From Octopus sinensis (lineage: Eukaryota), in contig NC_042999.1 in the NCBI RefSeq assembly GCF_006345805.1, positions 2,418,001 to 2,482,000 of the forward strand: a stretch of 64,000 bases of DNA, read 5' to 3'. The position numbers and the translations under genes are program-made. Below, piece after piece: positions 39,838-52,109 of this stretch. The notes under the pieces are model-generated. The model ran no database searches and was not told the origin of the DNA. It saw only the letters and a program-made list of their open reading frames with translations. Numbering within the stretch: the stretch's first letter is position 1; every line of letters begins with the position of its first letter.

Positions 39838-40065
39838 GTAATTATTATTATCATTATTATTATTATTATTATTATTACTATTATTATTATTATCATTATT
39901 ACTATTATTCAGGTCACTGCCTGGAATCTTGGGGTTAGTAGCCCATGCTCTTAACCACTACACCATATGCCCATGGGAATAAAAGATGAGGACAACTATC
40001 TGTCAAATGTAAATAATGTACATAATTCCTCATCTCTTAAACATAGAACTGTATTATTCAGCCTT
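39380..40065 (-). mobile_element. Composite short element: tRNA-like head, (AAT)n linker, hammerhead-like motif, inverted terminal ~35-bp repeat; carries a nested family C SINE (39590-39800)
   Basis: Head gggcatatggtgtagtggttaagagcatgggctactaacccca (A box and anticodon-like arm; no B box visible). Core CUGAUGA-A-GGCUG..CAGCC-GAAAC-GUU. ttatttacatttgac.gata.ttgtcct.atctt occurs inverted at about 39386 and 40017. Confidence 0.6.
39428..39478 (-). ncRNA. Minimal hammerhead ribozyme motif (canonical CUGAUGA core, extra A, loopless palindromic stem III)
   Basis: cac-CUGAUGA-A-GGCUG-GAGGGUAUAU-CAGCC-GAA-AC-GU-U-gug. Stem I is only 3 bp. Confidence 0.55.
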
Positions 40066-40122
40066 TGTTTCCATTAATTCTAAAAAAATAAGAATTTACT
40101 TAATTATCTTCATTATTATCTT

Positions 40123-41335
40123 CATAAGCACAGGAGTGGCTGTGTGGTAAGTAGCTTGCTTACCAACCACATGGTTCCAGGTTCAGTCCCACTGCATGGC
40201 ACCTTGGGCAGGTGACTTCTACTATAGCTTCGGGCTGACCAAAGCCTTGTGAGTGGATTTGGTAGACGGAAACTGAAAGAATCCCGTCGTATATATGTAT
40301 ACACTTGCGTCAGAAATTAATTAGCACTTCTCAAATTTCTACATTAAATAGGTTAAATCAATTAACCTATGAGCTGTTCAAAACGTCTTACGCGATGAGA
40401 AAACTTAGTATGGTGTGATTTCGGTCCTTGCGAGGCGCTACCTATATCTATTAAACAAAGGAAGATTTGTCTGCATCCGCACTCCAAGTTGTTGTTGCAC
40501 TGCTATGTCAACATCATAAGGGTGTAGACTTTCAAACTGCTCTGCAAACAAAGTTACGTCATCGTTCTGCGCAACAGTGAACTCGCAACAAAGCAATAGT
40601 TCGAGATATGGCCACTAGGTGACAGCACATACCTTGAGTGAAGAACAAATCAAGGGTGCTAATTAATTTCTGACGGTAGTGTATGTATATATATGCGTGT
40701 GTGCATTTGTGTGCCTGTGTTTGTCCCCCTAGCATTGCTTGACAACCGATGCTGGTGTGTTTATATCCCCGTTACTTAGCGGTTCAGCAAAAGAGGCCGA
40801 TAGAATAAGTACTGGGCTTACAAAAGAATAAGTCCCGGGGTCGAGTTGCTTGATTAAAAGGCGGTGCTCCAGCATGGCCACAGTCAAATGACTGAAACAA
40901 TTAAAAGAATAAAAGAATAAAAATTATCTTCATAAGCACAGGAGTGGCTGTGTGGTAAGTAGCTTGCTTACCAACCACATGGTTCCAGGTTCAGTCCCAC
41001 TGCATGGCACCTTGGGCAAGTGTCTTCTACTATAGCCTCGGGCTGACCAAAGCCTTGTGAGTGGATTTGGTAAACGGAAACTGAAAGAAGCTCGTCGTAT
41101 ATATGTATATGTATATGTATATATATGCGTGTGTGTGTTTATCCCCCCAACATCGCTTGACACCCGATGTCGGTGTGTTTACATCCCAATAACTTAGCAG
41201 TTCAGTAAAAGAGACTGATAGAATAAGTACTAGGCTTATAAAGAATAAGACCTGGGGTCAATTTGCTTAAGTAAAGGTGGTGCTCTAGCATGGCCGCAGT
41301 TAAATGACTGAAACAAGTAAAAGAGTAGAAGAGAG
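40123..41335 (+). mobile_element. Two tandem family A SINEs sharing the same 5' flank; the first is interrupted by a MITE
   Basis: attatcttcataagcacaggagtggctgtgtgg occurs at about 40114 and 40922. Confidence 0.85.
40302..40681. mobile_element. Tc1/mariner-type MITE (TA TSD)
   Basis: TA|CACTtgcgtcagaaattaattagcac .. gtgctaattaatttctgacggtAGTG|TA. Confidence 0.85.
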
Positions 41336-41439
41336 ATGAAGCTGGTGTTTGGACATAATTCAACATAGAATTTTGAGGGAATCTTTTAACTGAGATCTTC
41401 ATTAAACCATGGAGTTTCTATCATAGAAGACCTGTTGAG

Positions 41440-41955
41440 GCAAGTGAAAATCAAATCAAATCAAAACAAATCAAAATAGATGAACATCAATGGAAATTGT
41501 ATCTTTGTGGTACCAGTGCCGGTGGCACACAACAAAACCATCTGAACGTGGCCGTTGCCAGTACCGCATCGACTAGCCTCCGTGCTGTGGGCACGTAACA
41601 AACACCATCCAATCGTGGCCGTTCGCCAGCCTCATTTGGCACCTGTGTCGGTGGCACATAAAAACACCATCCGAGCGTGGCCGTCTGCCAGCCTCGTCTG
41701 GCACCTGTGTCAGTGGCACATAAAAAACACCATCCGAGCGTGGCCATTCACCAGCCTCGTCTGGCACCTGTGTCAGTGGCACATAAAATCACCCACTACA
41801 CTCTCGGAGTGGTTGGCGTTAGGAAGGGCATCCAGCTGTAGAAACACTGCCAGATCTGACTGGCCTGGTGCAGCCTTCGGGCTCCCCAGACCCCAGTTGA
41901 ACCGTCCAACCCATGCTAGCATGGAAAGCGGACATTAAATGATGATGATGATCAT
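41440..41955 (+). mobile_element. SINE-like family C, 5 internal repeat units, (AAATC)n near the 5' side
   Basis: Near-identical inverted partner at 43262-43815. Confidence 0.88.
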
Positions 41956-42594
41956 CATCATCATATATATGCATATACATAAATTATATATATATATATG
42001 GTGGGCTTCTTTTAGTTTCCATCTACCAAATCTACATGCAAGGCTTTTGTCAGCCTTAGGCTAGAGTCGAAGACACTTGCCCAATGTGCCATGCAGTGGG
42101 ACTGAACCTGGAACCATGTAGTTGGCATGCAAGCTTCTCACCACACAGCCACATAGAATGAGAGGAAAGTGTTGTAAGAGACATGCATTGATCAACCGAA
42201 TGGTTTTAAGCTTTGTTTTATTATCGAAGATGAATAACTTGAAGTTTGACGATGGCAGCTATTAAGATTCTGTCTCATGAAATAAAATATTTGAAAAGCA
42301 AATTAGAAGATGTTTATTTGTGCAAGGTGTAGATGTTTGAGTAAATAGCCAAGTTACTGGGTGTTTATTTGAGTCTGATCAGGAAATGGTGTCCATAAGT
42401 GTGAGAAAGAATAGAGAGAATGGAAAAGTGAGAGAGGGGAAGGGTAGAGAGACAGAGGAAGGGGAGAGAGAGGGAGACTGTAAGACAGGTAAGTGGTGAG
42501 AGAAAGGAAGGGAAAGGAAAATGAATGCGAGGGGGAGAGGGAGAAGATACAGAGAGGGGAGAGAGGGAGAGAGGGAGAATGCAAGATAGGGAGA

Positions 42595-42945
42595 CAAGAG
42601 AGAGGCAAGAGAGAGAAGGGAAAAGGAAAAGAGGAGGAAAGAAAGATGAAACATTGGGGAGAGAGAGAGAGAGACATAGGAGAGAGAGAGGCAAGAGAGA
42701 GAAGAGGAAAGGAAAAGAGGAGGAAAGAAAGATGAAACATTGGGGAGAGAGAGAGAGAGAGAGAGAGACATAGGAGAGAGAGAGGCAAGAGAGAGAAGAG
42801 GAAAGGAAAAGAGGAGGAAAGAAAGATGAAACATTGGGGAGAGAGAGAGAGAGACATAGGAGAGAGAGAGGCAAGAGAGAGAAGAGGAAAGGAAAAGAGG
42901 AGGAAAGAAAGATGAAACATAGGGGAGAGAGAGAGACATAGGAAA
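42595..42945. repeat. Purine-rich tandem repeat, 86-94-bp unit x4
   Basis: ggcaagagagagaag..gaaagatgaaacattggggaga..gacatagga starts at 42604, 42690, 42784 and 42870. Confidence 0.9.
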
Positions 42946-43261
42946 GATAGACATATGGGAGGGAGAGACATAGGGGAGAGAGATATATATATGGGCGAGA
43001 GAGACAGAGGCATAGCAGAGAGAGACACAGGGGAGATAGAGAGAGAGAAGAAAGAAGTGCAGGGGGGGGGAGGGATATATTCCTGTCGTCAGCATAGAAG
43101 AATTACTAGGCTATGGAACCTGATATCTTCAGGTATTTTATCACAATCATTCATTCAAAGTTCAAACTTGATGGAACAAAGAACTCACATCAATCGATGC
43201 ATTTTTATTCCTCCCTAAAAAAAAACATAGCACCATTTGCCAGGGATATAAATCAGCATAT

Positions 43262-43815
43262 CATCATCATCATCATCATCATCATTTAACGTCCGCTTTC
43301 CATGCTAGCATGGGTTGGACGGTTCAACTGGGGTCTGAGGAGCCCGAAGGCTGCACCAGGCCAGTCAGATCTGGCAGTGTTTCTACAGCTGGATACCCTT
43401 CCTAACGCCAACCACTCCGAGAGTGTAGTGGGTGATTTTATGTGCCACCGACACAGGTGCCAGACAAGGCTGGCGAACGGCCACGCTCGGATGGTGTTTT
43501 TTTTTTTTTTATGTGCCACCGACACAGTGCCAGACGAGGCTGGCAGACGGCCACGCTCGGATGGTGTTTTTATGTGCCACCGACACAGGTGCCAGATGAG
43601 GCTGGCGAACGGCCACGATCGGATGGTGTTTGTTACGTGCCCACAGCACGGAGGCCAGTCGGTGCGGTACTGGCTACGGCCACGTTCGGATGGTTTTCTT
43701 GTGTGCCACCGGCACTGGTACCACAAAGATACAAATTCCATTGATGTTCATCTATTTTGATTTGATTTGATTTGATTTTGATTTTGATTTTGATTTTCAC
43801 TTGCCTCAACAGGTG
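43262..43815 (-). mobile_element. SINE-like family C, inverted partner of 41440-41955
   Basis: Same unit number and the same flank (gatacaaattccattgatgttcatctattttgatttga..cacttgcctcaacagg). Confidence 0.88.
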
Positions 43816-44019
43816 TCACAAATATTGATAATAACTAGCTGTACTTGAGAGGAAATTCTACAGTTATTTTGAAAACACTACAGTCATCATCATCATCATC
43901 ATCATCATCAACATCATCATCACCATTTAACATCCTTTTTCCATGCCTCCACCATTTGGATGGTTTGACAGGAGCTGGCAAGCCACAGGACTGCACTAAG
44001 CCCCACAGTCTGTTGTTGG

Positions 44020-44250
44020 TGGCGAGCTGGCAGAAACGTTAGCACGCCGGGCGAAATGCGTAGCCGTATTTCGTCTGTCGTTACGTTCTGAGTTCAAATT
44101 CCGCCGAGGTCGACTTTGCCTTTCATCCTTTCAGGGTCAATAAATTAAGTACCAGTTACGAACTGGGGTCAATGTGATCGACTTAATACCTATGTCTGTC
44201 CTTGTTTGTCCCCTCTGTGTTTAGCCCCTTGTGGGTAATAAAGAAATAGG
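44020..44250 (+). mobile_element. SINE family B, full length
   Basis: Runs from ggtggcgagctggcagaaacgttagcacgccgggcgaaatgc to aataaagaaatagg. Confidence 0.9.
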
Positions 44251-44426
44251 TATGGTTTCTAAGGCTGGATGCCCTTCCTAAAACCAACCATCTTACAGAG
44301 CGGACCGAGTATTTTTCTGTGGCAACTAGCAAAGTATGTTTTTTTTTGGAAACATTTGATTCTTGAGATTGTGTAAAAGTCCATGTAGGTAGTATAGTAG
44401 TATTGAAGATACAATAAATTTATGTA

Positions 44427-45655
44427 ATTACAGATTCCTGCCCCATCGAATTTGGATGACCATAACTTACAGAAAAATGGATATTTTTTAATGAAATTTT
44501 CTACGAATATGTATTATATCATGTAAATTCCGAATATACAAAATTTTGGAGGAAAGTGTATTAGGAGAGGGTGAGTGAAGAATTTCGGAAAATTCGCCGG
44601 CGTCCACTTCGATTCGTCTTAAATTCCAAGAAAATAGATATTTCTAAATGAAATTTTCTATAAGTATATCTCCGACTATATAGATTCCGAGAGCAAAGGA
44701 ATTTGGAGGGGAAACAATTGGGGGTTATTTTTGAGGACCGTTCCCCAACTCAAGGGTGTTTCGGAACAAGTCGTGCGTATTTGTTTCATTTTCTCCTTGT
44801 TGTGCGTTTGTGCATCCGTAGATTTCTACTGAAGCAGCAGGCAATGAAGCTGTCACCAGGAAACTCGTTATGCTAAAAATACCTGCCAAAAGTCTAAACG
44901 TTTCTAACAGAAAGACATTCAATGGAATAATTCCTCGTTTGAGCTCTTTTAATTACATATATGTGTGTGTTTGCGAAGACACTGAGAATAAACATGCCAC
45001 CCGGGTTGTGTTTTTTTTTCTCTCCCCGTTTTGACAGGGATTTTTCTGATTTTATTTTTCCCTCATGCCTTCCAGGCGATGTGGTGGTCATGGGGGTCCT
45101 TGTTACGAAAAATGTATTTTTAAAATCTATGATTTTTTTCACCTCAGCCCCACGCACTTAAAAACCACAAGAGAAGCTTTTTCGGTACTCCTTTATATCA
45201 CACACTTTTTCTTGTGAAAATATAATTTTTCTTTTTTTCTTTGACTGTAAAGGCTTCTCCCATCGTTTTTAAGTGCTTACTATGGGAATAAAATATTTAA
45301 AAATGGCCAAAATGGGTCCAGTTAGGGTTAAAGAGGAGAAATGAGGGAGGTGAGAAAGAAATTCGAAAAACCACCGTCAAAACGGAGATTCCTGACCCAA
45401 AAAACTCTGGCAATACCGAAATTAGTCATTACTCATTTTGCCCCAATTTAGATATGATTTTCTGAAAATGGAAAATAATCAATTTAGACATTAGTGTGGC
45501 AAAAAAGTGACATGGAATGCAACAGAGAAAAAGAATAGTAATTGTTAAACACCAAAAATTATTCGGATATTTGATTTGCAAATTCAATTACAATCGAGTC
45601 GAAAATTGAGGGGAAAAAATGTCTTGAAAGAAAAGTAGACTCCTTAAAGTAATTT
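44427..45655 (+). repeat. Non-coding modules A+B of the Merlin-associated cluster
   Basis: 44427-44790 is the inverted homologue of 57215-57570, and 44690-45655 is the inverted homologue of 54941-55905. Confidence 0.85.
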
Positions 45656-46135
45656 CAAATGTTTGACGGATCGGAATGGTACAAAATGACGAAGAATATA
45701 AGACAGAAGAAAGAAAGAAAAAGTTTCGATTTAATAAAATTTGAAGATTTGTGCATTTATGACTAAAGATAAATTCAAAATTTCCATTGAAGAACATTTC
45801 TTACTTATTTGTTCTTTCGTTGGTAAAGACCAGTTTTCGTTGCCTCAGAGAAATAATGAAGATCCCAAGGGCCAATATATATGAGTGGGTGTGCCTTTAA
45901 TTGCAGGGTCTTTGGCCATTCCTGCATTGTAGAAACAAAATTGAGCTTCTTTCTCTTAAACCATTTCTACACTGCTACGAAATGGAAACTAAAAAGGTTT
46001 TCCAAAAACAAGATCTACTCTTTTACTCTTTTACTCTTTTACTTGTTTCAGCCATCCGGCTGAGGCCATGCTGGGGCACCGCCCTTGTTGCTACCCTCTC
46101 TAAGTCCAGTTTGCCGTGGCTGGCCAATGATTTTT

Positions 46136-46560
46136 TTAAAAGTGTGCCTTGTTCTGCAATTTGAACAAGGAGAAGGTTGTTCCAGTTTTCTGCTGGGGTC
46201 CTTCTTCGGCCACATAAACTCCATTAAATATGTGGAGAACAACTTGGAAGAAAGAGGTACCATAAATTGGTCGGTGTTTGTGCTTAGCATGCGCCCACAT
46301 TGCCTTCCATGTGGTTTGTGTGGGCACCTGTGGCTTCATCAAACAAATTATATAGAATGGTTCACTGTTTGATGTTGGAAACCTGGATTTTGCAAATTAC
46401 GGTACGCTGTCCATTCGCCGGTGAAAATTATGCTACCTGGGTGGACATGTTGCTGGATAAGGGATTCCAAGGTGTCCATGGACCGGCTATTATCCAGGCA
46501 TATTTAGAGGAAGCAGGTGTTCAAATTTTCGGTCAATATAAAGATTCTCACCAGGGAACC
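46136..46560 (-). pseudogene. Merlin (IS1595/ISXO2-like DDE) transposase fragment, copy 1
   Basis: [71 protein letters not shown] contains the IIxTDEWxAY, H.TVNHS and HTN.IE.W motifs. Confidence 0.85.
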
Positions 46561-46564
46561 AAAT

Positions 46565-46602
<38 letters not shown>

Positions 46603-46682
46603 TAATAATAATAATAATAATAACAATAATAATAATAATAATGATAATAATAATAACAATGATGATGATGATGATGATGATG

Positions 46683-47185
<503 letters not shown>

Positions 47186-47200
47186 TTATATATATATATA

Positions 47201-47620
47201 GGCGCAGGAGTGGCTGTGTGGTAAGTAGCTTGCTAACCAACCACATGGTTCCGGGTTCAGTCCCACTGCGTGGTACCTTGGGCAAGTGTCTTCTGCTATA
47301 GCCTCGGGCCGACCAAAGCCTTGTGAGTGGATTTGGTAGACGGAAACTGAAAGAAGCTTGTCGTATATATGTATATATATATGTGTGTGTGTGTGTGTTT
47401 GTGTGTCTGTGTTTGTCCCCATAGCATTGCTTGACAACCGATGCTGGTGTGTTTACGTCCCCGTTACTTAGCGGTTCAGCAAAAAGAGACCGATAGAATA
47501 AGTACTGGGCTTACAAAGAAAGAATAAGTCCCGGGGTCGAGTTGCTCGACTAAAGGCGGTGCTCCAGCATGGCCGCAGTCAAATGACTGAAACAAGTAAA
47601 AGAGTAAAAGAGTAAGAGTA
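47201..47620 (+). mobile_element. SINE family A, full length, inserted in the (TA)n junction after module C
   Basis: Runs from ggcgcaggagtggctgtgtgg to aagagtaaaagagtaagagta. Confidence 0.92.
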
Positions 47621-48455
47621 TGCATATATATACCCTCAGGCCTTTAATCTTCAAGCAGGCTATCCACATGCTAGAAATAACATCCAAATCTCACAAAACT
47701 GCGATAACATAATGTAATCAATCTACTCACCTTTCTGCAAAGATTTCTTTCAGAGTGACAAAGTAATTCAGGTGAAATTAAAGTGGGTTTTTTTTACTCA
47801 AACTTTCTTTTTTAACCTTTTTTTAAAAATTTGATCCGAATTTTTTCCCATCAATCTACGTGGGAAAATATGGAGATTAAGAATATGGAAGAAATAAAAA
47901 CAAATTCGAATTTTAATTTGAAATTTTTTTTTTTTTTTCAGAATCGGATCCTCCATAACCAAAAAGGTGGGATTCCGTAAAAAAAATCAATATATATCCA
48001 TTTTACCGAAATTATCACGGAAAAATCGGATCTTGTGAATTTTCCGACAGTCTCTCCCCACTCCCCAGTGTCGTCTGCACGCATTTTTTGTTTCACATTC
48101 GTTTTCCACATACTTGTTAACACATCCCAGGCTGATTAATTTTTTTTGTTGTTCCAGGCTGAGGATCTTTATATAGACTAAACTTTCTACAGGGGTACCT
48201 CTTCGGCCACATAAACTCCATTAGATATGTGGGGAACAACTTGGAAGAAAGAGGTACCATCAATTGGTCGATGATTTGTGCTTAGCATGCGCCTAGATGT
48301 CTTCCATGTGATTTGTGTGGGCACCTGTGGCTTCATCAACAAAGGATATAGAATGATTCACCGTTAAATGTTGGAAACCTGGATTTTGCAAATTACGGTA
48401 CGCCGCCCATTCGTCTGTGAAAATTATGCTATCTGGGTGGACATGTTGCTGGATA
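47621..48455. repeat. Module S-E-C'-T, direct repeat of 54107-54940
   Basis: Both begin tgcatatatataccctcaggcctttaatcttcaagcaggc and match almost throughout to ..gggtggacatgttgctggat. Confidence 0.92.
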
Positions 48456-48725
48456 ATGGCTTCCAAAGTATCCATGGACCGGCTATGAGACGTGTTTCGA
48501 ATATGCACTGACCATGACAGACCAATTGACTGGTTAAAAAGATATGGACTTTTACCTCAAGCTCATGTCTGTGAATGTGGCCGCAATTGTTAAATTATGC
48601 TACCTGGGTGGACATGTTGCTGGATAAGGGATTCCAAGGTGTCCACGGACCGGCTATTATCCAGGCATATTTAGAGGAAGCAGGTGTTCAAATTTTCGGT
48701 CAATATAAAGATTCTCACCAGGGAA
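48195..48725 (-). pseudogene. Rearranged Merlin transposase fragments (DDE on minus; probable N-terminal fragment on plus at 48489-48590)
   Basis: Minus strand: [59 protein letters not shown]. Plus strand: [34 protein letters not shown]. Confidence 0.85.
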
Positions 48726-48803
48726 CCAAATTATAATAATAATAATAATAATAATAATATAATAATAATAATAATGATAATAATAATAATAAATAATAAT
48801 AAC

Positions 48804-48902
<99 letters not shown>

Positions 48903-48909
48903 TAATAAT

Positions 48910-50792
48910 CATAAAATTCATAGAGCACTCTATGAATAAATGGCAAACAGTCCTACACCTCCAAACAAAAGAGGGACTCATGAAAACCAAAGACATCCCC
49001 ATTAGAAGAGGAATATTCCAGGGAGACACGCTCTCTCCACTCCTTTTCTGCTTGGCACTGTCACCTCTATCTGATATGCTAAATAGAACTGGATGCGGAT
49101 ATAAATGTTACGGCAAAACGATCAGCCACCTTTTATATATGGATGACCTAAAACTATACGCTGCAAATGACAAACAGCTGGAAACACTATTAAAGACAGT
49201 TCATGGATTTACCAAAGAAATAGATATGAAATTTGGATTAGAAAAATGCACCAAAGTAACCCTGAAAAGAGGAAAACTAGTTAAGAGTAACAACATCACA
49301 CTAGATAAAACCAATGAAATAAAAGAATTAGACCAAAGCCAAACTTACAAATACTTAGGAATCCATGAACTAGATAAGACACAACACACACAAATGAATG
49401 AGAAAATAAAAAAAGAATATTATAGACGAGTTAGATCAATACTAAACACAGAGCTCAATGCTAAAAACAAGATAATAGGTATCAACACTTTAGCTGTCCC
49501 AGTTATAAGTTACAGCTACAATATCCTTAACTGGACACGAAATGAACTGACCAAAATAGATAGGAAAACAAGAAAAATAATGACAGGATCTAGGATGCAT
49601 CACCCAAAATCTGACATAGAAAGACTATATATACAATGTATAGAAGGTGGTAGAGGCCTTATACAGCTGGAAAACTACTATAAAATAACCACCATAGGAC
49701 TGCAAAAATATCTACTTCAGAAGGAAGGAAAACTGATCCAGATAGCGGCAAAACACGAGCAAAACAAAAAACTGTTCTCAGTATTTAAGGAAGCTGACAA
49801 ATACAAACAAGAAATCATACCACCTAATAAACATGAAGAAGAAGAAGAAGAGATGAAGAAACAACAAAAGCTATAAAACAAATGAAATCCAAACTAAAAA
49901 TAGAACAGCAACGAACCATGATAAAACGATGGCAAGAAAAGCCCCTTCATGGTAAATACTGCACTAAACTAAACGCAAAAGAAATAGACAAAGAAAATTC
50001 CCAGCAATGGTTGAGAAGCTCAGGACTCAAAGCAGAAACAGAGGGATTTTAATTGCAGCACAAGACCAAAGCCTCCCCACCAGAAATTACCAAAAACATG
50101 TAATGAAAAGAAATATTACAAGTAACTGCAGAATATGTGGAGATGGACAAGAAACAATAAATCATATTATCTCTAGCTGCCCAGTCTTGGCTAAGAAGGA
50201 ATATATTCACAGACATGACAGAGTTGGAACCTACATACATTGGAAGCTATGCCAACATTATGGAATAACAACAGAAAAAAGATGGTATAGACACACACAG
50301 AAAAGGTCACAGAAAACGAGAAAGCAACCATACTCTGGGATATGCCGATACACACAGATAGAGAAATTAAGGCCAACAGACCAGATATAGTTGTCAGAGA
50401 TCATGAAGAAATAAAATGCTTTCTAATTGATGTATCAATACCGGCTGATGACAACGTGTCTCTAAAAGAAATGGAGAAACTCTCAAAATACAAAGACCTG
50501 GAAATAGAGGTAACTAGAATGTGGAATCTGAAAACAGAAACAATTCCTATCATAGTAGGTGCATTAAGCATGATAAAAAAATATTCAGACAAATACATAA
50601 CAAAAACACCAGGACTTACAAACACATATAACATACAGAAAATTGCACTACTAGGCACTGCACACATCCTACGCAGAACACTTTCCATACAATAACCATC
50701 AGAGCATCACAACAAATCACAGCACATACCCAAGGCACACAGAGCCGTGCTCGGTAGTGAAGTGAAAGCACGCTATAAAAATAAAACTACTG
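48910..50792 (+). mobile_element. 5'-truncated R4/Dong-like non-LTR retrotransposon: RT, CCHC zinc knuckle and restriction-like endonuclease
   Basis: RGIFQGDTLSPLLF, HLLYMDDLKLYA, FGLEKC, YKYLG, CRICGDGQETINHIISSC (CX2CX8HX4C), RHD, NRPDIVV, IDVSIP, K..KY. Three single-base frameshifts; flanked by (AAT)n. Confidence 0.95.
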
Positions 50793-50814
50793 AATAATAA
50801 TAATAATAATAATG

Positions 50815-50845
<31 letters not shown>

Positions 50846-50847
50846 TG

Positions 50848-50878
<31 letters not shown>

Positions 50879-50880
50879 TG

Positions 50881-50914
<34 letters not shown>

Positions 50915-50929
50915 TAATAATAATAATAA

Positions 50930-51310
50930 TCATCATCATCATCATCGTCGTTTAGCGTCCGTTTTCCATGCTAGCATGGGTTGGACGGTTCTACTGGGGT
51001 CTGTGAAGCCAGAAGGCTTCATCAGGCCCAGTCAAATCTGGCAGTGTTTCTACGGCTGGATGCCCTTCCTAACGCCAACCACTCCGTGAGTGTAGTGGGT
51101 GCTTTTTACGTGCCACCCGCACAGGTGCCAGACAGAGCTGGCAAACGGCCACAAACGGATGGTGCTTTTTATGTGCCACCGGCACAAGGGCCAGGCAAGG
51201 CTGGCAATGGACACGAAACGGGGCGGTGCTGGCAACGGTCGCGAAACGGAAGGTTCTCTTACATGCCACCGGCACTGGTAACATATCTGCAATTTCCATT
51301 GATCGATTTC
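50930..51310 (-). mobile_element. SINE-like family C
   Basis: (CAT)n followed by cgtttagcgtccgttttccatgctagc. Confidence 0.88.
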
Positions 51311-51364
51311 CAAATAATAATAATAATAATAATAATAATGATAATAATAATAATAATAATGATA

Positions 51365-51690
51365 ATTGGTTGGGAGGCAGTCGCCGGCAACCGTGGAGAA
51401 TGGCGACGTACAGTAAAAGAGGGTATACAGAGGAGTGACAGAAAGAGAGAGGAGAAATGGAAAGAAAGGAAGAGACATAAACAAGAGACCATGGCACTAC
51501 AATCAGCCAGGAACAGTCTTCGCTACATTTGCAGTACCTGCCAGAGGGAGTGTTTGTCCAGGATAGGACTACACAGCCACAGCAAGAAATGTAACAGGAA
51601 ATAAAATATAACAGCCGGACTAGACCTAGAAAAAAAAAAAAAAAAAAAAGCGCAACTCCATTGTCTCCCGAGACAGAAAGGATGCCAAAC
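51365..51690 (+). mobile_element. RTE (BovB-like) LINE 3' end
   Basis: WEAVAGNRGEWRRTV..YICSTCQRECLSRIGLHSHSKKC (typical RTE C-terminal CxxC..SRIGLxSH), then ccattgtctcccgagacagaaaggatgcc and an AAT tail. Confidence 0.85.
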
Positions 51691-51711
51691 AAATAATGAT
51701 AATAATAATAA

Positions 51712-52109
51712 TAAACCAGCCTGGGGTGTGTTAATAAATATTTGGAAAAGGAATATAAAGAAAGAAAACTGCGAGCAGACGACCCTGGGGAGTGGGGAGG
51801 GGACTTTCGGAAAATCCACAAGATCCGATTTCTCTGTCGTAATTTCCAGTAAAATGGATATATATTCATTTCTTTTTAACGGAATGCTATGTTTTTAGCT
51901 ATGGAGGATCCAATTCTGAAACAAAAAAAAACGATTTTCCAAAAATTGCATTTTCAAAATTTCAAATACACCCCCTCCTCTCCTTATTATTCACTTTTCC
52001 CGGATTTTTTTTTCTTACGAAATACGTAGAAAAATACTAAGTTTACAATTCTGAAAGAAATTGGTTTGTCAAATTTCAATTTTTCAAGAAAATATCAGAA
52101 ATTATATAA
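51712..52109 (+). repeat. Module C, second copy
   Basis: Near-identical to 46787-47185. Confidence 0.9.

Noticed and set aside
39910-39975. Possible tRNA gene (also 58490-58570 and the family A/B heads)
   Set aside because: No complete cloverleaf (T arm and acceptor stem missing or unpaired); treated as tRNA-derived repeat heads.
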